Source: Gammaproteobacteria bacterium (lineage in GTDB: Bacteria > Pseudomonadota > Gammaproteobacteria > Steroidobacterales > PWYM01). Taken from it: a DNA stretch of 64,000 nt. The notes under the pieces are model-generated. The model saw only the letters and a list, made by a program, of their open reading frames with translations. It searched no databases and was not told where the DNA came from. The stretch covers positions 3,485 through 67,484 of the forward strand of contig PWZL01000021.1 in NCBI GenBank assembly GCA_003567475.1, read 5' to 3'. Position numbers and translations under genes: made by a program. This document shows, in pieces, positions 29,715-40,105 of this stretch; position 1 is the first letter of the stretch, and each line of letters starts with the position of its first letter.

Positions 29715-30557
29715 TCAGGTCCCTGAGGGTGCCGGTGACGGCTGGTCGTGATGATACACGTGCACATCGCGCTGGGGGAACGGAATGCTGATGCCTTCCT
29801 CGTCAAACCGCTGTTTGATGCGCTCGGTCAGATCGAAAAATACCGGCCAGTAATCACCGGCCTTGACCCAGGGGCGGACCACCCAGTCGATGCTTGAGTC
29901 GGCGTGGGACATCATGCGCACCACCGGCGCAGGCTCCGACAGCACCCGCTCGTCGGCTGCGAGGATGTCTTGCAGCACCCGACGGACGTGATCGGAATCA
30001 TCGTCATAGCTGACGCTGGCGGTGAGATCCACACGGCGGGTGTCGTGGGCCGAATAGTTCACTATCGTGCCGCTCATCATCTGGCCGTTCGGGACGATGA
30101 TTTTCTTGTTGTCCGGCGACTTCAGGATGGTGGTGAAGATCTGCACCTCTTCGATGGAGCCGGCCACGCCGCCACCCTCCACGTAATCCCCGATCTTGTA
30201 AGGGCGGAAAATGATGATCAACACCCCGGCCGCGAAATTCGCCAGCGAGCCCTGCAGGGCGAGACCCACCGCCAGACCGGCAGCACCCAGGACGGCGATC
30301 AGCGAGGTGGTCTGGATGCCGACCTGGCTGATCGCCGCCAGCACGACAAACACCAGCAACAGCGTGTAGGTGATGTTGCCGAGAAATTTGACCAGGATGG
30401 CTTCCATCTTGGCCTTCTCGAGCCCCTTGACGAGCACCCGGTGTACGATTTTCGCGACCCAGCGACCGATGATGAAGATGGCGATCGCCGCCAGCAGGTT
30501 CAGTCCGAAGCTCGCCCCGACCTCCTGAACGGTGTCCAGCAACTGCTCGGTATCCAT
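29715..30557 (-). CDS. mscS: small-conductance mechanosensitive channel
   Basis: LGAAGLAVGLALQGSLANFAAG, RPYKIGD, IPFPQRDVH; ATG 30557 behind GGAGG. Confidence 0.93.
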   Translation of the reverse strand: MDTEQLLDTVQEVGASFGLNLLAAIAIFIIGRWVAKIVHRVLVKGLEKAKMEAILVKFLGNITYTLLLVFVVLAAISQVGIQTTSLIAVLGAAGLAVGLALQGSLANFAAGVLIIIFRPYKIGDYVEGGGVAGSIEEVQIFTTILKSPDNKKIIVPNGQMMSGTIVNYSAHDTRRVDLTASVSYDDDSDHVRRVLQDILAADERVLSEPAPVVRMMSHADSSIDWVVRPWVKAGDYWPVFFDLTERIKQRFDEEGISIPFPQRDVHVYHHDQPSPAPSGT

Positions 30558-30645
30558 TCGCTGCCTCCCTTGTTGCACTGGAATTTCGCGCGAGATGGTT
30601 ACACATGCCGGCCGCGATGAAAACGCTGTCTACGCCAGCCCTGCG

Positions 30646-30701
30646 CTGTCGCCGGACTGTCACAGGTCTTTCGCGCTGCTGACATCTCCCGGTGGCTCAA
30701 T
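30646..30701 (+). promoter_or_regulatory. putative tandem Pho boxes upstream of the olsF-like gene
   Basis: CTGTCGC/CTGTCAC/CTTTCGC/CTGACAT at 30646, 30657, 30668, 30679 (exact 11-bp phase). Confidence 0.6.
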
Positions 30702-30734
30702 TGAATCTCCGTGATTCCGGGGGCTTGCCGCAAC

Positions 30735-32558
30735 ATGGTTACCGTGGTTCGTAACTCCCTCCAGCTCCGCGACCCGCAGCACACCGGGCTGGGCGCACTG
30801 TGGCGCAGCGCACTTGACCGGGTGCTCGGCCTGCGTGCGCTCGACCGGCTTTACCGCAGCCTGCCACCTGGGCTGGATGCGCGCGGCCTGCTGGATGTCG
30901 CCGCCGACACACTGGCGCTGGACTACGACCTGCTCGGCAGCGATCTCGAGACGCTGCCGGCCAACGGGCCGCTGGTCATCGTTTGCAATCACCCCTTCGG
31001 CGGCACCGACGGGATCCTGCTCACCCGTCTGCTGCTGCGGCGACGCCCCGACCTGCAGGTGCTGGCCAACAGCGCACTGCTGCGCCTCGCGGAACTTGGG
31101 GAAATTCTGCTGCCGCTCGATATCCTGGGGACCACACGCAGCTCGGCGGTCAACCGACGCAGCCTCCGGGCGGCGGCCCGCCATCTGGGCCAGGGTGGCG
31201 CGGTCCTGGTGTTCCCCGCGGGCGAAGTGTCCCACATGAGCCTCGACGGCCGGACCATGGACCGGCGCTGGAGTGCGGCGGCCGGCTGGCTGGTCCGGCG
31301 CGCGCGCGCGACGGTCGTTCCGGCCTGCTTCGAGGGCCGAAACCCGTGGTGGTTCCAGGTGGCCGGTTGGGTCCATCCGCGCTTGCGCACGGTCCTGCTG
31401 CCCCGCGTGCTGCTCAGCCAGCAGGGACAGCGGTTCCGGCTGCACCTCGGTGCCAGAATTCCTTACGGACGGCTGGACAAGCTGGCCTGTGAGCAGTCGA
31501 TCAGCGACGTCCTCAGAGCGCTCACCCTCAACCTGCCCATGCAGGCATCGGATTCATCCGGCGACGCGGCAGACTGGCACCTTGCACCCCTGGCTCCCGC
31601 TGTCGCCCCGGAGCTGCTGCAGGCCGAGCTCGAGGCATTGCCCGCACGTGGCCTGCTGCTGAAAAATCGCAGCCTGCACGTCCACCTTGCCCGGGCCAAT
31701 GAAATCCCCTGGATGCTCAGGGAGATCGGGCGGCTCCGGGAGCTGACCTTCCGGCGCGTTGGCGAGGGCACCGGGCGGGCGCTGGACCTCGACCGTTTCG
31801 ACGAGGACTACCAGCACCTGTTCATCTGGGATGCCTCCGCGCGGCGGCTGGTCGGCGCCTACCGGCTCGGACCGGTCGATGAGATCCTCGCGCGGCGTGG
31901 CCGGCACGGACTCTATACGCACTCGCTGTTTCGCTATTCCGACGCCCTGCTCCAGGATCTCGGGCCAGCGGTGGAACTGGGCCGTTCATTCATCGTTCCC
32001 GAGTACCAGCGCAGTTTCGCCCCGCTGCTGCTGCTATGGCGGGGCATCGGCGCGTTCATGGCGCAGCATCCACACTATCGCTGCCTGTTCGGACCGGTAA
32101 GCATCAGCGCCGACTACCGGCCTGATGCACGACGCTGCCTGGTGCGCTATCTGCGTCGCCACGCCTATGACCGGCGGCTGGCACGTCGCGTCAGACCACG
32201 ACGGCCCTATCGCAGCTGGCCGTTGCCGGGGAACCATGAACATCTCTGGCGGGAGGTCCGCAGTGTGTCTGATGTCGATCTGTTCTCCAACCTGCTGAGC
32301 GCCGGTGACCGCGACGGCCGGGGCGTGCCGGTACTGCTGCGCCATTACCTCAAGCTCGGCGGCCGGATCATCGGCTTCAACGTCGATCCCGCGTTCCGCG
32401 ACGCACTGGATGGCCTGATTGTCGTCGATCTGCTGCAAACCGATGACGCGTCGCTGCAGCGCTACATGGGCATCGAAGAAGCTGCGGCCTGGCGTACCCT
32501 GCATCGCCGACACGATGTCGCCGACGGCAAACGCGATGGCAGACAGCAGATTGCCTGA
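30735..32558 (+). CDS. olsF: bifunctional PlsC-type O-acyltransferase/GNAT N-acyltransferase (OlsF-like aminolipid synthase)
   Basis: NHPFGGTDG and FPAGEVS acyltransferase motifs, then EIGRLRELTFR, VGAYRL, ELGRSF, LLRHYLKLGG, FNVDPAF GNAT domain. Confidence 0.75.
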   Translation: MVTVVRNSLQLRDPQHTGLGALWRSALDRVLGLRALDRLYRSLPPGLDARGLLDVAADTLALDYDLLGSDLETLPANGPLVIVCNHPFGGTDGILLTRLLLRRRPDLQVLANSALLRLAELGEILLPLDILGTTRSSAVNRRSLRAAARHLGQGGAVLVFPAGEVSHMSLDGRTMDRRWSAAAGWLVRRARATVVPACFEGRNPWWFQVAGWVHPRLRTVLLPRVLLSQQGQRFRLHLGARIPYGRLDKLACEQSISDVLRALTLNLPMQASDSSGDAADWHLAPLAPAVAPELLQAELEALPARGLLLKNRSLHVHLARANEIPWMLREIGRLRELTFRRVGEGTGRALDLDRFDEDYQHLFIWDASARRLVGAYRLGPVDEILARRGRHGLYTHSLFRYSDALLQDLGPAVELGRSFIVPEYQRSFAPLLLLWRGIGAFMAQHPHYRCLFGPVSISADYRPDARRCLVRYLRRHAYDRRLARRVRPRRPYRSWPLPGNHEHLWREVRSVSDVDLFSNLLSAGDRDGRGVPVLLRHYLKLGGRIIGFNVDPAFRDALDGLIVVDLLQTDDASLQRYMGIEEAAAWRTLHRRHDVADGKRDGRQQIA

Positions 32559-32590
32559 CACGCTCCGCCCACCGCCAGACACGGGAGGCG

Positions 32591-33091
32591 TCAGTCAGTG
32601 TGCCTGCCGATCATGACCAGCTCACGCTTCAACGACTCGGCCGTCATGGTCTCCACCGGCAGCGCGAGCAGCCGATCGACGCGGGCACGGACCCGTTGCA
32701 AGGTGTCTGCGAAGGCCGCCTGTCGGCGTGCATCATCGCCGGCCACCGCAGCCGGGTCCGGCAGCCCCCAGTGGGCCCGCAGGCCGCCGCCCGGGAACAG
32801 CGGGCAGCTTTCGGCCGCGGCGCTGTCACACAGCGTAATGGCGGCATCGATCGTCGGGGCATCGGGACCGGTGAAGCTGTCCCAACTCTTCGAGGCCAGA
32901 CCGTCCAGCGCATAGCCCGCGCGCTCAAGACAGCGCAACGCATCCGGATTGACTTCGCCACGAGGCTGACTGCCGGCGCTGAAGGCCCGCATCCGACCCG
33001 CCGCCGCCGCGTTGAGCACCGCCTCTGCCAGAATGCTCCGGGCCGAGTTCGCGGTACACAGGAACAGCAGGGTGAACGGCTGCGGGCTCAT
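32591..33091 (-). CDS. arsC: arsenate reductase, LMW-PTP type
   Basis: LFLCTANSARS, SAGS, TLCD, HWGLPDP. Confidence 0.85.
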   Translation of the reverse strand: MSPQPFTLLFLCTANSARSILAEAVLNAAAAGRMRAFSAGSQPRGEVNPDALRCLERAGYALDGLASKSWDSFTGPDAPTIDAAITLCDSAAAESCPLFPGGGLRAHWGLPDPAAVAGDDARRQAAFADTLQRVRARVDRLLALPVETMTAESLKRELVMIGRHTD

Positions 33092-34446
33092 GGTGCCTCC
33101 CGTCGGCGGTTGCGGATCTCGTCAAGTCCGGCATCGAGTGCGGCGCGGTCGAACCAGTCGCCCCGCAGCATCACGCCCAGCGGTCGACGCAGCGGTTCGA
33201 GGTCATCGAGCGGATTGCCGTCGAGCAGCACCAGATCGGCCACGCGTCCCTCGCCGAGGGTGCCGAAATCCGCCCGATCGAAGAAGCGGGCGACGTTCAC
33301 CGTGCCAGTCTGCAGCGCCTCGAACCGGGTCAGGCCCGCTGCCAGCAGTGTCTCGAGTTCCGGCACGATCGAAAAACCGGGCGCATTGAAAAACTGCGGT
33401 GAATCCGAGCCCAGCAGCAGATCCACCCCGGCGGCGTGCAGCTGCGCCGTCAGCGTCCGCCGGAGTTCGAAAAAGCGCTCCGCCCGCGCCGGCGAATAGG
33501 CGGGGTGGCCAAGAAAGCTCTGCTTGGCCGCCGTCCAACGCGCCACCAGTTCGGTCGGCAGATAGGCCATTTCCGGTCGCGAGGCCAGGACCTCAGGCGG
33601 CTCAGGCGACAGGCCGTTCAACATGATCGTCTCGGTCGGGACGATCCAGACGTCCTGCTGGCGGGTCGCGCGCGCCAGTCCCGGGAGGCGGGCTTCGTCG
33701 ACCAGGTCCACGAGATTGAAGCCGAAAAACCCGGGTGTCAGATCGTCCGGGATCCGCGGCACGAGCGCGTCGAGATAACCGTCCAGATGATCGATGGCCT
33801 GCTGGCGCGCCGCCAGGGCGCGAGGGACGCCGACCGCCGACGACACATGCCCGGAGAATGCGATGTCGTGAACTGCCGCGGTGGCCACAATGGCCTCGAA
33901 AGTCTCGCGACTGAGGCCCGGGTGGAGCTTCAGGAAGTCATAGCCTGCAGCGGCCTGCTCGGCGACCATGCGCGCGCCGTCTTCCGGGCTGCGGACACTG
34001 TTGCCGTTGAGCGACGGCCCCGAGGTGAAGATGCGCGGGCCCGGCACTTCGCCGGACGCCACCGCCTCACGCAGCGCCAGGTGCCACGGCTCGCCGAGCA
34101 TGCCGCGGATGGTGGTCACGCCATGGGCGAGATACATGAACAGCACGTCAGCCGCAAACTCCTGCTGGGCGTGTCCGGGGATATGCGCGTGCATCTCGCC
34201 AAGGCCGGGCAGCAGCCAGCCCCCCTGCGCCTCGATCACCCGGTAGCCGTCGAGCGCTTCTGGCGCCACCTCGGCGGCCTCGACCAGGCGTTCGATCCGC
34301 CCGGCCCGGATGAAGACATGCCGATCTTCGAGGACGGTCTCGGTCGCCATCGGCACCACATTCACATGGGTGAAGACCCAGGCCTCCCCGGCCTGCACCA
34401 TCGCTGCGCCGGCCAGCCCAAGCACCAGGACTGCTGATCTGATCAT
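33088..34446 (-). CDS. exported amidohydrolase family protein
   Basis: signal peptide, PGLGEMHAH, GSDSPQ, ADLVLLDGNPL. Confidence 0.82.
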   Translation of the reverse strand: MIRSAVLVLGLAGAAMVQAGEAWVFTHVNVVPMATETVLEDRHVFIRAGRIERLVEAAEVAPEALDGYRVIEAQGGWLLPGLGEMHAHIPGHAQQEFAADVLFMYLAHGVTTIRGMLGEPWHLALREAVASGEVPGPRIFTSGPSLNGNSVRSPEDGARMVAEQAAAGYDFLKLHPGLSRETFEAIVATAAVHDIAFSGHVSSAVGVPRALAARQQAIDHLDGYLDALVPRIPDDLTPGFFGFNLVDLVDEARLPGLARATRQQDVWIVPTETIMLNGLSPEPPEVLASRPEMAYLPTELVARWTAAKQSFLGHPAYSPARAERFFELRRTLTAQLHAAGVDLLLGSDSPQFFNAPGFSIVPELETLLAAGLTRFEALQTGTVNVARFFDRADFGTLGEGRVADLVLLDGNPLDDLEPLRRPLGVMLRGDWFDRAALDAGLDEIRNRRREAP

Positions 34447-34450
34447 GGCT

Positions 34451-34885
34451 CTACTCCCGTTCGCCCAGTGTCCGCAAGGCACTGGCCACGACATCGGCAT
34501 GGTCGAACGCCAGCCTCGGCAGTGCCTGCAGACCAAACCAGCTGGCCTCGGCCGCATCGCTGCCAGCATCCGGTGTCGTGGTGCCCGGCAACTCACCCAG
34601 ATACACCACACTGATGACCCGTTCGCGGGGGTCGCGTCCCGGCGTGCCCCAGGTGCCGAGCTGGCGCAGCGGCCCGACGGTCAGCCCTGTTTCCTCGGCA
34701 AGTTCACGACGCGCAGCCGCCTCAAGGTCCTCGTCGATATCCACGAAACCGCCCGGCAGCGCCCAATGGCCGGCGAACGGCGCCGCGGCGCGGCGGATCA
34801 GCAGCAGCCTGCGCCGGGCCGGCAGACCGGCAAACAGGACAACATCCACGGTCACTGCCGGATGGGGATAACGGTAGGTGTACAC
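34451..34885 (-). CDS. Nudix hydrolase
   Basis: PGGFVDIDEDLEAAARRELAEETGL Nudix box, RDPR. Confidence 0.9.
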   Translation of the reverse strand: MYTYRYPHPAVTVDVVLFAGLPARRRLLLIRRAAAPFAGHWALPGGFVDIDEDLEAAARRELAEETGLTVGPLRQLGTWGTPGRDPRERVISVVYLGELPGTTTPDAGSDAAEASWFGLQALPRLAFDHADVVASALRTLGERE

Positions 34886-34903
34886 GGTCCGGGGAAGCTG
34901 ACG

Positions 34904-36076
34904 TCAGGCCACCCGGGCCATTTGCGGGGGACGGCCCAGCACCCGCCCGATCTGGCGGTGCATGTTCTGCACACCAATCTCGTTGCGTCCGATGATGACG
35001 TTGCGCTCGAGCCCCGAATCGATACCCCGCTGCAGCCTCTCACCCAGCCAGTAATCCTCCTCGATGACCACGCGGGTGATCATCTCGAAAAACTCGCGGT
35101 AGTGGCGCTCCTCGGCCTCATCGGCGGGCGGGCGGGGCAGGAACAGCGACTGATAGACCACCGAATGACAGTGATCCACCGGGTATACCCGCCAGAGCTG
35201 GAAATGATCCTCGACCACGAAAAACACGGTGGCGGGAAAAGCGTAATACACGAACGAGAGATGGTTTCGAGGCTGCCAGCGATCCCGCGGCGTGTCTTTC
35301 AGTTCGGCGATCGTGAGTTTCGGGGCGCAGAGGCGGTGGTTCGGTCCGAGTTGCCGGTAATGGCAGATGTTGTTGTAGCTGATCGCGCCGATGGTGTTCG
35401 GGTGCAGCGCCGCGAAGTGGTAGAACTCGTGATAGCCCTCGAGCAGCGACTTCCAGTTCTGGCGGACCGGGATGCGGGTGGTATCGAAGAGATGATGATC
35501 CTCGAGACCGAAGCCGGCCATGTCCTGACCCAGATCGGCCTGCACCGCGGCCAGGTCGATCGTGCCCTTCGGCTCCACCAGCACGTAGATCATCCCGTCG
35601 CGCTCGACTGCCGGCAGCGGTGTCAGACCGAGCTCGGCCCGATCACAGTTCGGGAACCCTTCGCGCCCCGGAATCCCGCGCAGACGGCCTTCCAGGGTGT
35701 AGGTCCAGGCATGGTACGGACAGGACATCACCCCGCCGGGCAACTGCCCGCTGCCGACGGCCACGGGCGCCCCCCGGTGACTGCAGACATTCAGGAAGGC
35801 ACGAACACGGCGATCCCGATCCCTGAGCAGCACGACAGGCACACCAGTATCGTCGAAGGTGAAATAGTCACCCGGCTCGCGGAGCAGGCAGCTCGGCCCG
35901 ACACACAAGGGATGCTCGCGGAACAGCTGTCTGGTCTCCTCGGCAAACTGCCCAGGATCCCGGTAGATGCTGTTGGGCAGAATCATCTCTGCCTGGTCAA
36001 GGCAGGTGGCCTTGCGCTCGACGTAGTCGAGCAGGATTTCGGCCTCCGTGGCCAGCGCGTCGGCATGCATGATCAA
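34904..36076 (-). CDS. Rieske ring-hydroxylating oxygenase alpha subunit
   Basis: CSHRG...CPYHAW Rieske motif; EFYHF..LH and EED mononuclear iron ligands. Confidence 0.88.
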   Translation of the reverse strand: MIMHADALATEAEILLDYVERKATCLDQAEMILPNSIYRDPGQFAEETRQLFREHPLCVGPSCLLREPGDYFTFDDTGVPVVLLRDRDRRVRAFLNVCSHRGAPVAVGSGQLPGGVMSCPYHAWTYTLEGRLRGIPGREGFPNCDRAELGLTPLPAVERDGMIYVLVEPKGTIDLAAVQADLGQDMAGFGLEDHHLFDTTRIPVRQNWKSLLEGYHEFYHFAALHPNTIGAISYNNICHYRQLGPNHRLCAPKLTIAELKDTPRDRWQPRNHLSFVYYAFPATVFFVVEDHFQLWRVYPVDHCHSVVYQSLFLPRPPADEAEERHYREFFEMITRVVIEEDYWLGERLQRGIDSGLERNVIIGRNEIGVQNMHRQIGRVLGRPPQMARVA

Positions 36077-36224
36077 CCCTCCCCCGAAGGCTTCCCTCGA
36101 CGGCCATCAGCCTAAACCGGCGCGGCACCCCACGCAACGATGCTGATGCGGGTTCCCCGGTCGGCCTGACGCCAGCTGCCAGACAGGTTAAACTTGCTGA
36201 CTCATGCCAACTTGAGGAGCGCTC

Positions 36225-36719
36225 ATGCAGATCGCGCAGGACACCGTCGTGCACATTCACTACACGCTGAAGAGCGATGCCGGCCAGGTGCTCGACAGTT
36301 CCGAGGGCAATGAGCCGCTGAGCTACCTGCACGGTAACAGCAACATCATCCCGGGTCTGGAGAAAGCGCTGGACGGCCGCAGCCAGGGCGACAGCTTCGA
36401 AGTCAGCATCCCGCCGGACGAGGCGTACGGGCCGCGCGATGAATCGCTGCTCCAGGCGGTGCCGAAAACCGCCTTCCAGGGCTTGGGGGACCTGCAGCCA
36501 GGCATGCAGTTCCAGGCGCAGACCGACCAGGGGCCCCGCATCGTCACCATCGCCGCGGTCGCCGAGGAGTCGGTCACGGTGGACGGCAACCACCCGCTGG
36601 CCGGTCAGACCCTCAACTTTGCCATCGAAGTCGCCGCCGTACGCGAAGCGACGACCGAAGAACTGTCCCAGGGCCAGGTCCAGGATCACGATCAGGATCA
36701 GGCCCCGGATCCGGACTGA
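36225..36719 (+). CDS. slyD: FKBP-type PPIase SlyD
   Basis: YLHGNSNIIPGLE, AYG, VDGNHPLAGQTLNF, VREAT. Confidence 0.9.
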   Translation: MQIAQDTVVHIHYTLKSDAGQVLDSSEGNEPLSYLHGNSNIIPGLEKALDGRSQGDSFEVSIPPDEAYGPRDESLLQAVPKTAFQGLGDLQPGMQFQAQTDQGPRIVTIAAVAEESVTVDGNHPLAGQTLNFAIEVAAVREATTEELSQGQVQDHDQDQAPDPD

Positions 36720-36758
36720 GTCCATGACCGACGTCACCGACCCGTTCAGGTAGACACC

Positions 36759-38072
36759 GTGGCCAGAGTCGGTTTCGTCAGTCTTGGATGCCCCAAGGCG
36801 CTGGTTGACTCCGAGCGCATCCTCACGCAGTTGCGGGTCGAGGGCTACGAGATCTCGCCCAGCTATGAGGCCGCGGATCTCGTGATCGTCAACACCTGCG
36901 GGTTTATTGACGATGCCGTGCATGAGTCGCTCGACGCGATCGGCGAGGCGCTGGAAGCCAACGGTCGGGTGATTGTCACGGGGTGTCTGGGCGCAAAGCC
37001 CGAGACCATCACCTCCCGCCATCCCGGCGTCCTCGGGGTCACCGGACCACAGGCCTACGAAGAGGTCATGGCGGCGGTTCACACCGCACTGCCGCCGGTC
37101 CACGACCCCTTCATCGATCTCGTGCCGCCACAGGGTATCCGCCTGACGCCGCGGCACTTCGCCTACCTCAAGATCTCCGAGGGCTGCAACCATCGCTGCA
37201 GCTTCTGCATCATCCCCTCCATGCGTGGCGACCTCGCCAGCCGCCCGATCGGCGAGGTGATGCAGGAGGCCGAGCGACTGGTTGATGCCGGCGTCCGCGA
37301 GCTGCTGGTGATCTCTCAGGACACCAGCGCCTACGGTGTCGATCTGCGCTACCGCACCGACTTCTGGAACGGGCGCCCGCTGCGCAGCCGGTTTGCCGAG
37401 CTGTGCCGCGCCCTGGGCTCACTGGGTGTGTGGGTGCGCCTGCACTACGTGTATCCGTATCCGCACGTCGATGAGGTCATCCCGCTGATGGCGGAGGGCA
37501 AGCTGCTCCCCTACCTCGACATCCCCTTCCAGCATGCCAGCCCGCGTATTCTCAAGCTGATGCGCCGACCCGCCGCAGCCGAGAACACCCTCGCGCGACT
37601 GGCCGCCTGGCGCAGCCTCTGCCCGGACATCACGGTGCGCAGCACCTTCATTGTCGGGTTCCCTGGCGAGACCGAAGCGGAGTTCCAGGCTCTGCTCGAC
37701 TGGCTGGAAGAGGCGCAGCTCGATCGCGTCGGCTGTTTCGCCTACTCGCCGGTGGCCGGTGCGGCCGCCAACGCTTTGCCGGACCCGGTACCTGAGGACA
37801 TCAAACAGGCGCGGCGGGAGCGTTTCATGCAAGCGGCGGCCGCCATTTCGGCGAAGCGCATGGCGGCGAAGGTGGGTCGGCGTCTGCAGGTGCTGATCGA
37901 TGAGGTCGATGACACCGGCGCCATCGGCCGCAGTGCTGCAGATGCCCCTGAGATCGATGGCGTGGTTCATGTGGCCCCGGCGCCCGGCCTGCGTGCAGGC
38001 GAGTTTTGCGAGGTCGAAATCCTTTCGGCTGACACCTACGATCTACATGGACGCCTGGTCAGTCCCGCCTGA
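36759..38072 (+). CDS. rimO: ribosomal protein S12 methylthiotransferase
   Basis: [20 protein letters not shown] radical SAM motif, DAPEIDG TRAM domain. Confidence 0.95.
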   Translation: MARVGFVSLGCPKALVDSERILTQLRVEGYEISPSYEAADLVIVNTCGFIDDAVHESLDAIGEALEANGRVIVTGCLGAKPETITSRHPGVLGVTGPQAYEEVMAAVHTALPPVHDPFIDLVPPQGIRLTPRHFAYLKISEGCNHRCSFCIIPSMRGDLASRPIGEVMQEAERLVDAGVRELLVISQDTSAYGVDLRYRTDFWNGRPLRSRFAELCRALGSLGVWVRLHYVYPYPHVDEVIPLMAEGKLLPYLDIPFQHASPRILKLMRRPAAAENTLARLAAWRSLCPDITVRSTFIVGFPGETEAEFQALLDWLEEAQLDRVGCFAYSPVAGAAANALPDPVPEDIKQARRERFMQAAAAISAKRMAAKVGRRLQVLIDEVDDTGAIGRSAADAPEIDGVVHVAPAPGLRAGEFCEVEILSADTYDLHGRLVSPA

Positions 38073-38904
38073 GGGTGACGAGACGGCCCTGGGGCACGCC
38101 CTGGCAGGTTTCCTGCGCGACCATCAGCGGGTGGCGGTGCTGACAGGTGCCGGCGTCAGTACCGCCTCAGGCATCCCCGACTACCGCGATGCCGATGGTC
38201 AGTGGAAACACTCGCGGCCGGTGATGTTCGAGGATTTCCGGCGGGAGGCGCGGGTGCGTCGTCGCTACTGGGCGCGCAGCCTGGTGGGTTGGGAGTATTT
38301 CCGGCGGGCGCGCCCCAACCCGGCCCATGCGGCATTGGCCAGCCTGGAAGATGCGGGTCGTGTTCGTGGTCTGGTCACCCAGAACGTCGATCGTCTGCAC
38401 CAGCAGGCCGGCCACCGTGTCGTGCTCGACCTGCACGGACGGCTCGATCGTGTCGTGTGTCTGGACTGTGGCGATGTCAGTGAGCGTGAAGACATGCAGG
38501 TGCGCCTGCAGACGCTCAACCCGCAGTTCACTGGCACGGTGGCAGTGACCCGCCCGGACGGCGACGCCGACGTCGACCTCGCGGTCAGCGGCGAGCGCTT
38601 TCAGGTGCCGGCCTGCCAACACTGCGGTGGACCGTTGAAGCCCGCGGTGGTGTTCTTTGGCGAAAGCGTGCCGCGCGCCTGGGTCCGTCAGGCCCTGGAT
38701 GACGTGGACGCAGCCGACGCCCTGTTGGTGGTGGGCAGCTCGCTGATGGTGTTCTCGGGCTTTCGTTTTGTCCGCCACGCCGCACAGCACGGCAAGCCTG
38801 TGGCCATCCTGGGTCTGGGACGTACCCGCGCCGACGAGCTGGCGACGCTGCGCCTGCCTGGCGACTGCAGCAGCGTGCTGAACGCCGCGCTGGCGGCACT
38901 GTGA
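38047..38904 (+). CDS. NAD-dependent protein deacylase (sirtuin, class II-like)
   Basis: [38 protein letters not shown]. Confidence 0.9.
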   Translation: MDAWSVPPEGDETALGHALAGFLRDHQRVAVLTGAGVSTASGIPDYRDADGQWKHSRPVMFEDFRREARVRRRYWARSLVGWEYFRRARPNPAHAALASLEDAGRVRGLVTQNVDRLHQQAGHRVVLDLHGRLDRVVCLDCGDVSEREDMQVRLQTLNPQFTGTVAVTRPDGDADVDLAVSGERFQVPACQHCGGPLKPAVVFFGESVPRAWVRQALDDVDAADALLVVGSSLMVFSGFRFVRHAAQHGKPVAILGLGRTRADELATLRLPGDCSSVLNAALAAL

Positions 38905-40067
38905 CCCGCCAGTCGACGGTGATCACCGCCGCCGCAGTGCTCATCGCGACGATGGCGCTGACCGGACCCCGCGAGGCCAGCGCCACGGCCCCGGTTGACC
39001 GCAGCTGGCACTGGTCCGGCGATGCCCGCGGTGGCCTCTTCGTCAGCGAGCGACGGGTCGAGGGCGAGACTGTCGGGCGCAGCGAGGACCTGCGCTGGCG
39101 ACTGCGCCTGTCGGCCCGCCGCAGCCTGGCCGAGCGTCTGGAATTCCGTGCCCGGGCGGCGGGCACCTGGTCGCTCGATGAGCCCGGCACACGCGCCTAC
39201 CTTCGTGCCTCCAGCCCGAGCGCTACGGGTGCGAACGCAGGCGATGTCACCTTTGACGAACTGCAGCTTCGCGTTCGCGGCGCCGACAACACCTGGTGGC
39301 TGGTGGCAGGCCGGTTCCAGAACCGTTTCCTGCTGCCCGGTGTCGCCGCCAAATCACTGGACCGCAACGACGGCTCCAACGTCGGCGTCGCCTGGCGCGA
39401 CGGCCTGCATTACTCGCACCGATTGAACGAGGCGTGGCGCGCACATGTGGTCGTGACGCACCGGCCGCGCGACGGCGGCGGCAGTGCCCGCCGGGCGCCA
39501 CTGGACTTCATGCACACCGACCACCGCGCCAGTGTGTTCACCGGGCTGGCCAGCGAACGGGCCGAGGGCCCGATCATCATGCGCATGGTCGGCATCGACT
39601 GGCTGCCTGATGCACTGGCCAGCGATCAGGCCGACCCGTCGCGCCGGGAAGACTATGTCGCCCTTGTGGCCCGAGCGGCGGCACAGTGGCCGCTCGGCGC
39701 TCACGGGACACGGCTGCTGGCCGGAGCGGAAATCGGCTATGCGCCGAGGACGCAGCGGCTACCCGGAGCGGCAGGCATGACGGGCGGTCGCGCCTCCGGG
39801 CTCGCCTGGCAGGCGTCAGTGAATCTCTACGACATCCGGCCAGGCCATCACCTCGGGCTGGTTCACGGCCAGGCCGGCGCCGGCTGGCTGCTTTCGAATG
39901 ATTTCCGGGCAAACGATCGGCTGACCGAGCTGCGTTATCAGCGCCGCTTCAGCCCGGCACTCTCCGTCGAAATCCGCGGCCGCTATCGCGACACGCTCGT
40001 CCCCGCCCCGGGACAGCCCCGCCGCCACGACCGCGATGCCTATGCGCGGATCACGCTGCGATTCTAA
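38901..40067 (+). CDS. putative outer-membrane beta-barrel protein
   Basis: signal peptide, alternating amphipathic strands, C-terminal YARITLRF. Confidence 0.65.
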   Translation: MTRQSTVITAAAVLIATMALTGPREASATAPVDRSWHWSGDARGGLFVSERRVEGETVGRSEDLRWRLRLSARRSLAERLEFRARAAGTWSLDEPGTRAYLRASSPSATGANAGDVTFDELQLRVRGADNTWWLVAGRFQNRFLLPGVAAKSLDRNDGSNVGVAWRDGLHYSHRLNEAWRAHVVVTHRPRDGGGSARRAPLDFMHTDHRASVFTGLASERAEGPIIMRMVGIDWLPDALASDQADPSRREDYVALVARAAAQWPLGAHGTRLLAGAEIGYAPRTQRLPGAAGMTGGRASGLAWQASVNLYDIRPGHHLGLVHGQAGAGWLLSNDFRANDRLTELRYQRRFSPALSVEIRGRYRDTLVPAPGQPRRHDRDAYARITLRF

Positions 40068-40105
40068 GTCGCGGGTGGAGTCAGCCGGGTGCTCTGTGTC
40101 CCGAC

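Noticed and set aside
34310-36115. 601-aa plus-strand ORF (also 13674-15251, 8917-10362, 40943-42208, 46932-48215, 60654-62000)
   Set aside because: Antisense shadows of well-supported genes in GC-rich DNA; no recognisable motifs
38047-38904. Sirtuin as a dedicated regulator of Pcs lysine acylation (PETRSGK)
   Set aside because: It lies 14 kb away and is coupled to rimO; no sequence evidence of a link
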